Positions 10,113-20,380 of a stretch of DNA of 64,000 nucleotides are shown piece after piece. The translations under genes were made by a program, and so were the position numbers. The notes under the pieces are model-generated. The model saw only the letters and a list, made by a program, of their open reading frames with translations, ran no database searches and had not been told where the DNA came from. Origin of the DNA: an uncultured virus (IMG/VR IMGVR_UViG_3300031088_000789) (lineage: Duplodnaviria > Heunggongvirae > Uroviricota > Caudoviricetes); the IMG/VR virus record IMGVR_UViG_3300031088_000789; one strand, given 5' to 3'. Position 1 is the stretch's first letter; each line of letters starts with the position of its first letter.

Positions 10113-10385
10113 ATGTCTAAAATTGATCGTTTCATTGTTCCAAAAGCACATCTGGAATTGGTGACTAACCAAGAAAGTATGCCAAATTCATCGACTATCG
10201 TTGTTTTGGCAAGTGATGTTAAAGCCTTACGTGAAAAACTTGGTTTCTTTGAAATCATTGCTAAAGAGCATAAGGCTTTGTTGCAACAACTTCGCTATGC
10301 GGACAATGATGAAGGTGACGGTGACTTTCGGCGTGCTCAGGAAACTATTCGCGTCATTAATCAAAAATTGGATATCGACTGTTAA
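10113..10385 (+). CDS. hypothetical protein
   Basis: GGAG RBS before MSKIDR. Confidence 0.7.
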   Translation: MSKIDRFIVPKAHLELVTNQESMPNSSTIVVLASDVKALREKLGFFEIIAKEHKALLQQLRYADNDEGDGDFRRAQETIRVINQKLDIDC

Positions 10386-10430
10386 TCTATTTTATGATAA
10401 AATAGCCATTATTTTTTGAAGATGATGGTC

Positions 10431-10802
10431 ATGACTAAAAAGAGATTGCTTCTTACACAAAACCAAATCAATGCTGATATTGCGTTGAAATCTCGCCTGT
10501 ATGTTTCAGGTTATCAACTATCCCATGTATTGGTAGGTATTCGGGATGGTGGTATCATAGGCAATGTGGTGTTGCATTATGATGAAACGAATACTCCAGT
10601 TGGTGTTGCTGTTCACATTACTGATCGTTCGTTTATCGGCTACGAGACAATGATTTTTGTCCGTAAATCGAAACGAAGACAAGGTATTGGTTCGCTACTT
10701 ATCAAGCAATTGAATGGTCCTAAGAGTAGTTTTGTAGGCCGTGGTTGTTCGGCTAGTCGTCCTTTTTGGAAAAAAAATGGATATTCCATGGATATTTGCT
10801 AA
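10431..10802 (+). CDS. GNAT-family acetyltransferase-like, paralog of 42056..42418
   Basis: FVRKSKRRQGIGSLL acetyl-CoA motif A; FWKKNG. Confidence 0.7.
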   Translation: MTKKRLLLTQNQINADIALKSRLYVSGYQLSHVLVGIRDGGIIGNVVLHYDETNTPVGVAVHITDRSFIGYETMIFVRKSKRRQGIGSLLIKQLNGPKSSFVGRGCSASRPFWKKNGYSMDIC

Positions 10803-10892
10803 AAAACTAAAATAAAACCAGTTTTTCTTGTGCTCTAGTCAATTTTTGATTATAATAGAGCCTTCTCAGACACAATGACAGAGGTTTACAAA

Positions 10893-11252
10893 ATGGCCAC
10901 TCTTCAACAGTTGAAAAATAAATCGTTCTCCTACAATGAAGATCTTAAGGATCAAATGCATCGTGCTGGTAAAAAGGCTCTCAAGGCTTTGGCCGTAAAG
11001 CTTGAACTCGCGGCGGGTTCGTTTGATGTTCGTAGTAACAAAGGTGGTATTGCTGTTTCGGGTGAAGTCACCTTGCACACCGATAAAGTATATGTTCAGA
11101 TTTTCGAATCGTTTACTGGTAAAGGGCTTCAGGTCATGTACCGCACCTGCAATGGCCTCAAAGATTATTCTGGTGGTCAGAATAACTATGCAACCATCGA
11201 CCAGTTTGAATCGGATGCTTTTGTCAAGCAACTGAAAAAAATGTCAGCTTAA
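10893..11252 (+). CDS. hypothetical protein
   Basis: GAGG RBS; cassette. Confidence 0.75.
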   Translation: MATLQQLKNKSFSYNEDLKDQMHRAGKKALKALAVKLELAAGSFDVRSNKGGIAVSGEVTLHTDKVYVQIFESFTGKGLQVMYRTCNGLKDYSGGQNNYATIDQFESDAFVKQLKKMSA

Positions 11253-11390
11253 TCCCATGCATGGCAAATGACCCGGACATCGTTCCGGGTTTTTCTTTTA
11301 GATAAATCTTATTTTTGATTGAAATCATCATTTATCTTTGGTATACTACATTTATACAAATTAACCTATACCGAAAAAAGAGAATTGAAA

Positions 11391-11786
11391 ATGAATCACA
11401 CGGAACTTGTCAAAAAAGCAATGGAAGCTAAAGAATCGGCTTACGCTCCCTATTCGGAATTTCCAGTGGGTGTTGCTTTGTTGACCAAGAAAGGTGTATT
11501 CTTGGGAGCTAACATTGAAAATGCTTCCTTCTCTATGTGTACCTGTGCTGAACGCACCGCGTTTTGTGTGGCTCACATGCAAGGTTGCCGTAAAGGTGAC
11601 TACCTGAGCATTGCTATCAATGGTGATACTGAACAACCGCTGCCACCTTGTGGAGCTTGCCGTCAGACCATGAGCGAATTTTTGGAACCTGATACTGAAG
11701 TTATCTTGTCTAACAAAGAAGGCAAATTTATGGTTCTTAAATTCTCCGACTTGATTCCTCTTACGTTTACTAAGTTGGACTACTAA
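11391..11786 (+). CDS. cdd: cytidine deaminase (short homotetrameric type)
   Basis: AYAPYS-x-F-x-VG, GANIENAS, CAERTA, PCGACRQ. Confidence 0.92.
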   Translation: MNHTELVKKAMEAKESAYAPYSEFPVGVALLTKKGVFLGANIENASFSMCTCAERTAFCVAHMQGCRKGDYLSIAINGDTEQPLPPCGACRQTMSEFLEPDTEVILSNKEGKFMVLKFSDLIPLTFTKLDY

Positions 11787-11881
11787 TTTCAAAAAACTTA
11801 ATTTTGAGCTAGAAAAACCTTGCCACACTCGCTCAACCTTGCTATACTTACCTCACTTAAACAAGCCAAGGATACAAAATC

Positions 11882-12286
11882 ATGACTACTCCATCGACCC
11901 TCATTCTGCTCATTGGTGCCGTTGTTGGTGCTGTTCATACCCTCGAAAAAAATATGCACGTATTGGACAGCGTGACTGATTTCGATTCGCTAGACGAGCA
12001 AGCAAATCAGCGTTTGCTCAGCAAGCACAAAATGACTGTTGATCGTCTGGATGCCCTTGTCAATATGATGCGTGCTGCCCAAGCAGATGGTGCAAGCTCG
12101 ATTCGTCTGGACCCCATGCAAGCCCATAGCATCAACCGTGCCGTTTTGGGTCAGATTGCCGAACTGGACCAATCCATGGCATATTTCGCTCAGATGGGTG
12201 AATCTGAAATGGTTGTCCGTTCCTTCCAGAAAAAGATTGAAGCCCTGCACTATGCGGTGTTTGAGGCCAATAGCTGGATTCGTTAA
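11882..12286 (+). CDS. hypothetical protein
   Basis: Cassette with AAGGA RBS. Confidence 0.75.
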   Translation: MTTPSTLILLIGAVVGAVHTLEKNMHVLDSVTDFDSLDEQANQRLLSKHKMTVDRLDALVNMMRAAQADGASSIRLDPMQAHSINRAVLGQIAELDQSMAYFAQMGESEMVVRSFQKKIEALHYAVFEANSWIR

Positions 12287-12413
12287 TTCGATTTCACGCT
12301 TAACTGAGGCATTCCAGTAATGGGATGCCTTTTTTGTTTTCAATAAATATTGTTTTTAGTGTGAGCAAGTGTTATACTGTTGACACGATTTTAAATAACC
12401 ATTAAGGTAAATT

Positions 12414-13070
12414 ATGACTCTTTCAATTGATGATGTTAAAACTCTTGTATCAACCTATCAAAAAGAATCGACGTTACTGTATTCTCAGCTTGTTCCTGTT
12501 CCAGAGAGCTTCATGATGCCTTGTGATGGTGATGAAGATGAGCCAGCCGAAACGGTTGCTCATTATGTCAAAAGTATCAACTTGAAAGATATGCCGGAAG
12601 AGGCTATCGCAATGCATGAAAAATTGGTTGCAGATCTAGAACGTTTTGGGAGAATTGTTAATAATAAAGTTCATGAAGCTGCACAATTCAATGACGGCAT
12701 TTATGCAAAAAACAATCAACTCCATGATGAATTGATGGCGAAAATTCAAACCATTCCAGAATTTCAATTTAACGGATGCATTGTTATTAACAAGAAGCAT
12801 ATCCATCCAGATGATTTTGATGCCTTTATTGCTATTTATAAAGATCTTGGGTTTTCGCATTATGTAATCAAGTCAGCTTCAGATTTGTTGTATTATTCTC
12901 GAACGACTGATCACTTCAACAGTATTAAAGAAAGATTCATTGAGGAAATGCCAAAATCTTTGCGTAAACGTTATCCAACTATCTTGAATTACATGCAGAA
13001 TAGCTGGATTCAAACCAGCCCTCTTCATGGTGATGATCTTTATAAAGTCATGGCCGCTCGACAGGCTTAA
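12414..13070 (+). CDS. hypothetical protein
   Basis: 218 aa ORF; cassette. Confidence 0.75.
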   Translation: MTLSIDDVKTLVSTYQKESTLLYSQLVPVPESFMMPCDGDEDEPAETVAHYVKSINLKDMPEEAIAMHEKLVADLERFGRIVNNKVHEAAQFNDGIYAKNNQLHDELMAKIQTIPEFQFNGCIVINKKHIHPDDFDAFIAIYKDLGFSHYVIKSASDLLYYSRTTDHFNSIKERFIEEMPKSLRKRYPTILNYMQNSWIQTSPLHGDDLYKVMAARQA

Positions 13071-13192
13071 ACAACCTGTAAAACCAGAAGGCATATCAGA
13101 GATGGTATGCCTTTTTTGTTTCTGTACCTTGACATACACTTATAACAAGCATAAAAAAACCGGGAAAATCCCGGCTTTTTGCTTCTGGTCAG

Positions 13193-13441
13193 TTAAACGC
13201 TTTGTGTTGATGCTTCACGTTCAACCAGATCGGCCATAGGTCGTTGCAGAGTTTTGCCGTAATGTTCCCACACACCCAGACCCACTTCGCTTACACGATA
13301 GGCATTGTAGGTGTTGACTCCATACCACTCACCATCAACCAGTTTATACCAACTTTCGAGCCAGTCAGGGCTTTCAGGAGCATAGTGGGTAGCTCCTGCA
13401 GGAGCTTCATGCCAAGGAATTTCTTTTTCAGGTGTCTTCAT
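13193..13441 (-). CDS. hypothetical phage-type protein (W-x-x-AP-x-GATHY)
   Basis: PWHEAPAGATHY motif; own promoter and terminator on minus. Confidence 0.7.
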   Translation of the reverse strand: MKTPEKEIPWHEAPAGATHYAPESPDWLESWYKLVDGEWYGVNTYNAYRVSEVGLGVWEHYGKTLQRPMADLVEREASTQSV

Positions 13442-13592
13442 TTTTGATTCCACAGTTAGATTTAGAACCCATATTATAAAGGTTTTTCAACCTTATCACA
13501 AGGTTTTTTACCACTTACAAAAATCTAGAAAATGTTGCCTTATGAATGATCTAGTGGTATAATTCTCCCATATCTTACAGAGAGTTACTGTC

Positions 13593-14036
13593 ATGACTTC
13601 GAAAACCGCTTCCGTGACTAAATTTGAATCCAAAATCAATGCTGTTGCTAAATTGGTTCGTGAGCGTGTTCTGGCTTCTGATTACCCCCACAAAGAAATC
13701 ACTCAAAAGTTGATGTACAATTTGAATCGTGCTGATTTTCAAAACGATTTCAAACTCACTGCCGAACTTTTGAACAATCAAAGCCTGTGTTATGATCTTG
13801 ATCCAGAATTGTTCTTTATGGTTGTTCAGCGTCCAAGCTGGGACGAAGCCCCTGAATGGGCTAATTTCTTGACTGGTAGCAAAGATGGTTTCTGGTGCTG
13901 GCATGAAGACAAGCCAACGTTCAGAGCGTTTGATATGTTTAATCCTGTTCGCCGTATGAAATCTATTGATACTGGCTTGAATAACGCTATGTGGTCGCGT
14001 GATATTTTTGAGCGACCTGTAAAGGCTGTCGCATGA
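13593..14036 (+). CDS. hypothetical protein (WDEAPEWA domain)
   Basis: Promoter; overlaps next ORF at ATGA. Confidence 0.75.
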   Translation: MTSKTASVTKFESKINAVAKLVRERVLASDYPHKEITQKLMYNLNRADFQNDFKLTAELLNNQSLCYDLDPELFFMVVQRPSWDEAPEWANFLTGSKDGFWCWHEDKPTFRAFDMFNPVRRMKSIDTGLNNAMWSRDIFERPVKAVA

Positions 14037-14431
14037 CAGCTTTTAACGTAGGTGATATTTTCGAATATCATAACTATGGTGATTTTCATATTGCGTTTGT
14101 CTTAAAAGATGAACGCATTGTTCTTTTTAATCCAAAAACTAATTATTCAAAATTTTGTGCCCCTCTTACAGATCGAGATCGAATTGATCTTCCCAAAAAT
14201 CCTAAATTCAAACAATTAACGGTTAATGATCTGCCTAATAATGTTAAAGCTTGTTATTTTCAACATTTTTCTACTTTAAAGAAAAGATCGAAAGTTGAAT
14301 TTAACTACCAAGGCACTGTCATTTCTGGTGTCGTTGTTGAACGTGGAAATCTCATCAAGGCTAAATTTGTCGTTGATTCTACTACTATTGAAATCGTTGC
14401 AGAACCGTATCTTTTCACAGAAAAACTGTGA
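14033..14431 (+). CDS. hypothetical protein
   Basis: Translationally coupled ATGA. Confidence 0.7.
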   Translation: MTAFNVGDIFEYHNYGDFHIAFVLKDERIVLFNPKTNYSKFCAPLTDRDRIDLPKNPKFKQLTVNDLPNNVKACYFQHFSTLKKRSKVEFNYQGTVISGVVVERGNLIKAKFVVDSTTIEIVAEPYLFTEKL

Positions 14432-14566
14432 TTTTTCTAGCTTGATTCCACATTTTGTGTTATCATTGTTTCAACATTAAAGACAATGCTAATGCCATGA
14501 AAACGATCAAGAAGTAAAAACTTGAAGCTCAGACTATGGTTTTGGCTTAACATAAAGGAACTTACC

Positions 14567-15055
14567 ATGACACCCCTAAAAAAAGGTGATTTGATTAAAA
14601 GTTGTAAATACACTTTCATTCGTGAACGTCCAGCCATTGGCATTGATGCTTTTAAAAACCATCGACGTTTGAAAGTCTTTTTTCATAAAGGGTTTTCCTG
14701 CGTTACACCTAATTGTAACAATGTAGGCACTCGCCTTATCTATACAATCGCCAAAAATGGTTCTCATCACTGGGACTTGTTCACTGACGATTTAGTTTTG
14801 ATGACGATTGATCATATCATTGCTAAGAAAAATGGTGGTGGTAACGAATTAGAAAATTTACAGCCAATGTGTAGCCATTGCAATACACTGAAAGGACATC
14901 AGGTAATCAGCCTTGAAGAACTCTCTGAACAACGAGTAGTGTGGGATAGGAAACAGGCTATCGAGCTGGAACGTCAGCGTGAAATCAAAGCTGAAAAAAA
15001 ACGGAAACAAAAAGCACGAAAAGCAGCTCAAAAAGCTAAAGAAATGGTTGCTTAA
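14567..15055 (+). CDS. HNH endonuclease
   Basis: TIDHIIAKKNGGGNELENLQPMCSHCN. Confidence 0.88.
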   Translation: MTPLKKGDLIKSCKYTFIRERPAIGIDAFKNHRRLKVFFHKGFSCVTPNCNNVGTRLIYTIAKNGSHHWDLFTDDLVLMTIDHIIAKKNGGGNELENLQPMCSHCNTLKGHQVISLEELSEQRVVWDRKQAIELERQREIKAEKKRKQKARKAAQKAKEMVA

Positions 15056-15149
15056 ATAATCGTTATCATAAGACCGCCTTCATGGCGGTTTTTGTTTTAA
15101 TAGTCTTTTATTTGTGCTATAATGTGGAAAATTTTAGGAGTGTTGGCAC

Positions 15150-15965
15150 ATGAAGAATCCAATTACTGTGATGAAATCTTACTTCTCTGGTAAGTTGGAT
15201 GACATTTATGTAAAGTCTCTATGCCCTGAACACCACAGTATGGCTTGGTTCATGCAAGATTTGATGCGGGCAACTCCTAATCGTAGAACATGGACTCGTT
15301 TTGGATTTGATCCAGACTTTGATCTCTTGCGTTATGCAGGCGATGATATTGGCATGCTTTCTAATGATCATAAGGCCGTCATGCTTTATAATCAGGATTA
15401 TATTCAATCTTTAAAATTGTCTTTTCCTAAAAAGTTTTTGGATTTGAGTAACCATATTTTGCAAGTTGCTTATCTAGCGGCTTACTATTACCCAATTTCT
15501 TGGAATACCCCGGCTCAGGTAAATACTGATATCAAACACATCCAATCTAAACAGGGTGTTTTAAGTCACAACTATGATTTTAATCAGTTGGGCTGTTTGG
15601 AAATTAATAATGAAAAAAGGCATCATTTAAATTCAGACACATTTATTTTTAAAAGAGCATCCAAACCTGATATTTTTATTCATAAGTTTTCAATTCGCTC
15701 TTTTTATTCTTATCAATATGCTATAATTCATATTGGTTTTGATAACGATAACTTGTATTATAGCTTTCGTAATAAAGATGAACCTAATGCTTTCAATACT
15801 TGCCCTATCAATGCTGACGAAATCATGCAAAAACTTAAAGTAGTCTCAAAAAACGAACTTTTCAAATTGGTGAATACTGACATCATCAGCTTTATTCGTG
15901 GTGAACCACAAGATGATATACCAACCTATCGTGATAAATTGTTGATTGACATGACACTTATTTAA
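15150..15965 (+). CDS. hypothetical protein with C-terminal DKLLIDMTLI tail
   Basis: AGGAG RBS; 271 aa. Confidence 0.75.
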   Translation: MKNPITVMKSYFSGKLDDIYVKSLCPEHHSMAWFMQDLMRATPNRRTWTRFGFDPDFDLLRYAGDDIGMLSNDHKAVMLYNQDYIQSLKLSFPKKFLDLSNHILQVAYLAAYYYPISWNTPAQVNTDIKHIQSKQGVLSHNYDFNQLGCLEINNEKRHHLNSDTFIFKRASKPDIFIHKFSIRSFYSYQYAIIHIGFDNDNLYYSFRNKDEPNAFNTCPINADEIMQKLKVVSKNELFKLVNTDIISFIRGEPQDDIPTYRDKLLIDMTLI

Positions 15966-16028
15966 AAAGGTTGCGTCAAAAATCATTTTTGTGTATAATA
16001 ATCTTATCTAATCAATGTGGTTACCCAT

Positions 16029-16247
16029 ATGAAACTTCCCAAAATGGCTATTCCAAATCTCCATAACATCGTTCACGATATTACAATCAATAAAAGGATT
16101 TTTGGTAAAATTGTAACCATTGCCAATGGCCGTGTTGTTTCAGTAATTCCCTCTTTGGCAGGTATTGGTGGTCATACAGAACCGTCAGAAGCTGTTGCTA
16201 TGCTAAAAATTCGTGAACTCAAAGAAGAACGTGGGTTTAAACGTTAA
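16029..16247 (+). CDS. hypothetical protein
   Basis: Promoter upstream. Confidence 0.65.
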   Translation: MKLPKMAIPNLHNIVHDITINKRIFGKIVTIANGRVVSVIPSLAGIGGHTEPSEAVAMLKIRELKEERGFKR

Positions 16248-16298
16248 GTTATAGATCATTGTATTGTTTTATCATTTTATTTTTAAGGAGCTTCATTT

Positions 16299-16901
16299 AT
16301 GACCATTCCAACTTTCACGACTACTGACATTGTTTCTCATTTCAAACGTTCTTTCCTGCAGCTTAATGAAGTTAAAGGTGGCTATGAAAGCATCTTTGGC
16401 GGTCAAAAAAACATTGACCATTTTGTTATCACCAAGCCTTCGGCTATCTGCCTGAGTCTGTATGACAAAAATACTGATGAATTCGTTTTTGTTAAACAAT
16501 TCCGCACTGGTGCCTTCATGCACCCGGATGAAACCAATCCTTGGGTTATCGAACCTGTCGCTGGTCACATTGATCCAAAAGAAGACCCTATTATGGCCGC
16601 TCAGCGTGAAGGTCAGGAAGAAACTAACATGCTGATTAAACTGGAAGACATTCGCTTCCTTTGCAAAGGCTATACCAGTGCTGGTGTCTCTAACGAAATG
16701 CACCACACCTACTTTGCCTATGTTGATTCTTCGACTTTCGACACCTCTCGTTCGCATGGGATTGACGATGAAGACATTCAAATCATCAAAGTCAAACGTG
16801 CTGATGCCCTCGCTATGATTGCGAGTGGTGAGATTCGCACTTGCAGTGCTGTGCTGGCAGTTGCTTTGCCTATCGCACAAGGACTTGTTCCAGCCAAATA
16901 A
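16299..16901 (+). CDS. Nudix hydrolase, ADP-ribose pyrophosphatase (NudF)-like
   Basis: VKQFR, IEPVAGHIDPKEDPIMAAQREGQEET Nudix box, YTSAG. Confidence 0.88.
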   Translation: MTIPTFTTTDIVSHFKRSFLQLNEVKGGYESIFGGQKNIDHFVITKPSAICLSLYDKNTDEFVFVKQFRTGAFMHPDETNPWVIEPVAGHIDPKEDPIMAAQREGQEETNMLIKLEDIRFLCKGYTSAGVSNEMHHTYFAYVDSSTFDTSRSHGIDDEDIQIIKVKRADALAMIASGEIRTCSAVLAVALPIAQGLVPAK

Positions 16902-16966
16902 ACGCTTTACCCCGTAAGGTCTTTGTTATATAATAAAGACCTTCAAACCTTCAAGGATATTTATCA

Positions 16967-17191
16967 ATGAGCCAACGTGCCCAATCGAACGTTCCTGAAA
17001 AAATCACTCTGCAAAAAATCCTGCGTCTTCATAAAGCTGGTGGTGTGCTGCATGATGTTCCTGTTTACCCAACCAGTGCGATTTTGGAAGATACCCCAGA
17101 AGCACAAGAACTTGCGGCATTGTGGGACAACTTCAATAAAGCCAAGCAGGCTTTGGATCTGAAAATCGAGCAGCTATCCGAAACGGTTTAA
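16967..17191 (+). CDS. hypothetical protein
   Basis: Cassette. Confidence 0.7.
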   Translation: MSQRAQSNVPEKITLQKILRLHKAGGVLHDVPVYPTSAILEDTPEAQELAALWDNFNKAKQALDLKIEQLSETV

Positions 17192-17288
17192 AACTCACAT
17201 TTTTCGAGAGCCTATCACTAGATAGGCTTTTTTTGTCTTTCATTTGTGTTATAATCTGTTTTACAAATTATTGAACGGAGCTTTAAAA

Positions 17289-17633
17289 ATGCCTAAAATT
17301 CTTGTGGTTGGTGGTGATGTTGATGTTGTTCGTGCCCTTCAAAATCAACTGCCTGATCATGAAATCGTTACTGTAACGGAACGTGATGCTCGCAAGCATA
17401 TCGTTCTGATTGATGAACACCGTTGTCCTATGGGTGATTTTTTGGCAGAACTCTGTAAACCCATGGAAATTGACGCTATCAATGATCTTCTACTGCAGGA
17501 ATGCATTCAAATCGAAGCCTATCAACCAGATCATTCATTCCGTTTGATGTCAAAACCAAATCCATCCGCACGCTATTACCATAAGTATACTCAACCTTAT
17601 GGTCAAAGTCATCGTAATGGTCGCCGTTGCTAG
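17289..17633 (+). CDS. hypothetical protein, related to 45149..45373
   Basis: ILVVGG start and YYHKYTQPYG end vs IIILGG and YYQKFERPYG. Confidence 0.7.
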   Translation: MPKILVVGGDVDVVRALQNQLPDHEIVTVTERDARKHIVLIDEHRCPMGDFLAELCKPMEIDAINDLLLQECIQIEAYQPDHSFRLMSKPNPSARYYHKYTQPYGQSHRNGRRC

Positions 17634-17739
17634 TTCAAAGGAAGACCTTAAATAAGAAATGAACCCGCTTAGGCGGGTTTTTTTATTGACTTTTTTTTAT
17701 TTCATGCGACGATTTATGAAATTTGAATCGGAGTTTAAA

Positions 17740-18459
17740 ATGAAAATAAAAAAGAATGAGTTACTAATTGCAGTAGCTGGTGGTTTGTTCATATTGGGTA
17801 TGATGTTTATATGCACTAATATAGCGGTAGAATTAATTAATCAGTATGTTGCACGTTCAAGTGACTATCAATATGCACAGTTTGCGACATTTAGTATGGA
17901 TAAATCGTTAATATATTTCCTACTTCCTTTTATATTTGTTTATACTTATATTATTTTACAAACACTTTTCCATTGGATAAACAAAGTAGAATTAAAAAAG
18001 AAAGTATATTTTACGGTTGCTTCTCTTTTACCTTTAATTATGGTTGCTTTTCAATATCAATCTACTGATGAGTTTATGTATCAGCCCATTAATAATTTAT
18101 ACAGTGAAACTGTTAAAGAGAATCCAAATTTTGTAAAATCCCCTGTTGGTATTAAGTTTGCCAAGGCTCTTTCAACACATGATTATGCAACATTGAAAGA
18201 AATTTCAAATGATTTAGACGCTCTTAAAATGATTGATCTTAAAACAAATCAAATTATTGAAGTTGTTAATTTATTCCCATTAAAATCAGTAGATACATTT
18301 AATAAAATGATTACAGATTCACAAGGCTTTGTATCTTTGTCAGACTATAAAAAATTCTATACTAATTTCATGTCAGATTTTAAAAATAGCTCTATTGCTG
18401 ATAAAAAAGAATTCGTCTTTTTAATTGTTATGATACACCCTGATAAGTTAAAATATTAA
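17740..18459 (+). CDS. AT-rich membrane protein (about 3 TM segments)
   Basis: Hydrophobic segments; GGAG RBS. Confidence 0.7.
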   Translation: MKIKKNELLIAVAGGLFILGMMFICTNIAVELINQYVARSSDYQYAQFATFSMDKSLIYFLLPFIFVYTYIILQTLFHWINKVELKKKVYFTVASLLPLIMVAFQYQSTDEFMYQPINNLYSETVKENPNFVKSPVGIKFAKALSTHDYATLKEISNDLDALKMIDLKTNQIIEVVNLFPLKSVDTFNKMITDSQGFVSLSDYKKFYTNFMSDFKNSSIADKKEFVFLIVMIHPDKLKY

Positions 18460-18495
18460 GAGTCACTTTGGTGGCTTTTTTACTTTTTAGAATAC

Positions 18496-18655
18496 AAAAA
18501 AAAAAGAGGCATTTAGCCTCTTTATGTTTTTTGGTATAAGTTCCATCATAGTCTACCACGCTATGATGAGTTACCATGTCGGCAGAGCCTCTGAATGGTC
18601 ATCGGACGCTAGCTTTCAACTCTGAAGAATGAGTGTTTTCTCATTCCGCATCCCC
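18496..18655 (-). ncRNA. candidate structured small RNA
   Basis: Minus-strand TTGCAA-17-TATTAT promoter, several hairpins, terminator GAGGC/GCCTC + U run, no RBS-led ORF. Confidence 0.55.
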
Positions 18656-18743
18656 AATACAATAATATCAAAACACTCATCTGTTTGCAAGCTTTTTTAG
18701 CAACAAAAAACCCGCTTGTGCGGGTCTTTTTTAGAGTTAATTT

Positions 18744-18953
18744 TTATTTCGCAACACGGGCATGTTTCAAAAACAGCCATTTTGGTTCTTTTTTGATTGT
18801 GCCATTTTTATCAGCAAACGACACCACATCGTTTTCCATGCCTTGATAGGTCAGGTTAACGAAAAAACCAAAACGAGCAATCGGATCACCGTTTTTAAAA
18901 CCTTTCAACATCTCTTCAGTAATAGGATGTTCATTGATTTTGTTCTTTGCCAT
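18744..18953 (-). CDS. hypothetical protein
   Basis: GAGG RBS; promoter and terminator on minus. Confidence 0.7.
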   Translation of the reverse strand: MAKNKINEHPITEEMLKGFKNGDPIARFGFFVNLTYQGMENDVVSFADKNGTIKKEPKWLFLKHARVAK

Positions 18954-19022
18954 GTTTGATAATCCTCTTGGTTTGTGTGTTTATTATACAATAACTCACT
19001 GACATACACAAGATTTTTAACT

Positions 19023-19181
19023 TTATTTCTGTGATTTTTTGATATCTATCTGGGTTGTAGCTTCGCTTTTATGATCATTGGTGGATGGCTTTTCTTCGGC
19101 TATTGCCCCTGTTCCAAATAGTCCCATAAACACGCTTAGAACTAATCCTGTCATTTCTTTCTTCACATTTTCTTTTTTCAT
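19023..19181 (-). CDS. small signal-peptide-like protein (52 aa)
   Basis: AGGTG RBS; MKKENVKKEMTGLVLSVFMGLFGTGAIA-EEK. Confidence 0.55.
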   Translation of the reverse strand: MKKENVKKEMTGLVLSVFMGLFGTGAIAEEKPSTNDHKSEATTQIDIKKSQK

Positions 19182-19332
19182 TTTTCACCTTATATAGTTA
19201 GCTTGCTATGTAATTTATAAGTATACTCCTGTTATTTTTGATTACAAGCCTTTACTTTATGAAAGATTTTTCATTGCCATTTTTTCCTTTAAATGCTATA
19301 ATAGACGCTTAAATCAATGGAGAATTTAGACT

Positions 19333-19521
19333 ATGCCACTTGCCCCAGATCCTAATCCAGTTGCAGAAAAATTTGGTATTTGTCCCGGTTGTAACACTCA
19401 AATTGAGCCGCATGATGTCATCTATTGTATTTGTCGTTGCGGTGATCAAGATGCTGATCTCTATGATCGCATGGATGCAGATATGAATGCTAATCCAGTG
19501 GGAGAGTCAAAACCGTCTTAA
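19333..19521 (+). CDS. small zinc-ribbon protein
   Basis: CPGC...CICRC. Confidence 0.65.
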   Translation: MPLAPDPNPVAEKFGICPGCNTQIEPHDVIYCICRCGDQDADLYDRMDADMNANPVGESKPS

Positions 19522-19641
19522 TGGCGGTTTTTCTTAAAAAGAGTTGCTTTTGTTTTTATGATTTGTTAATATAGGTCGCGTTGAAGTTCTGCAGTCGAAT
19601 ACCTCAAACTTTCGTTTAGATAGTCAACTGAGGATACTATT

Positions 19642-19908
19642 ATGACCAAAACAGAACTGATTCACCTGCTGCAAACTGATGTTGATGTACGCTCGGCGGT
19701 TACTGATTTATTGAAAGATTCCATTGTGGATATGATGGCGGTTGATGCTGATTTGAGGTCTGCTGTGACGGCAGTTGTCAAAGAAGATATTTCATTCTGT
19801 TTATCCTGTTCAGATTACTATGACTATGATTACTCAGGTTATAGCATTTCTTTGGAGTTGGATGATTGTCAGGTTACGTCTACTACATTTAGCATTAGAA
19901 GTTCGTAA
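19642..19908 (+). CDS. acidic hypothetical protein with internal repeat
   Basis: DVDVRSAVT / DADLRSAVT. Confidence 0.7.
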   Translation: MTKTELIHLLQTDVDVRSAVTDLLKDSIVDMMAVDADLRSAVTAVVKEDISFCLSCSDYYDYDYSGYSISLELDDCQVTSTTFSIRSS

Positions 19909-20018
19909 ATAAGGCCCCTTTCATGGGGCTTTTTTGTTTTTTAAAAAAAATACTTATTTTATTTGTTTTTTATATTCTTTTTTGTTATAATGTTGCACTA
20001 TTTTAATGAGGTGTATCA

Positions 20019-20096
20019 ATGAGCCTTCCTACTGGTGTTCACATTTTTGGTAATCCCCATGACCAAAAAGGTGTGGGCGACATTTTCTATCGTTAA
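20019..20096 (+). CDS. 25-aa mini-ORF in a complete cassette (possibly a truncated gene)
   Basis: TATAAT, GAGGTG RBS, MSLPTGVHIFGNPHDQKGVGDIFYR, terminator. Confidence 0.45.
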   Translation: MSLPTGVHIFGNPHDQKGVGDIFYR

Positions 20097-20188
20097 CCAT
20101 ATTAAAAGACCTACTTCGGTAGATCTTTTTCATTCATTTGTCAAGAAAATTTTGATGTAAATAATTGAAAAATAAGCGAAAAAAGTGC

Positions 20189-20217
20189 TTGACCCCTACG
20201 ATACTTTTCTCTATAAT
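20189..20217 (+). promoter_or_regulatory. sigma70 promoter of the tRNA/ncRNA operon
   Basis: TTGACC-17 bp-TATAAT with upstream A-tracts. Confidence 0.85.
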
Positions 20218-20262
20218 GGGCACATCAAGACGAAACGGAGAAACAAAATCTTGCAACGGTAA

Positions 20263-20375
20263 ATCAGCACTTCTTACAAGTGGCTTGTTTTGGATAAATA
20301 ACTTCGGTTACCAATATAGCTTGTAAGTATGGAACACTACTCGGTGCTAACATAAATAGAGTAGACCATATTGAT
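20263..20375 (+). ncRNA. candidate pseudoknotted RNA upstream of tRNA-Leu
   Basis: CTTACAAG/CTTGTAAG, TAAC-TTCG-GTTA, TATGG/CCATA, CTACTC/GAGTAG; AGCAC pairs with loop GTGCT. Confidence 0.5.
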
Positions 20376-20380
20376 ATTAT

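Noticed and set aside
18561..18610. Hammerhead-like TGATGAG core
   Set aside because: No CTGANGA match and no GAAA after a stem II.
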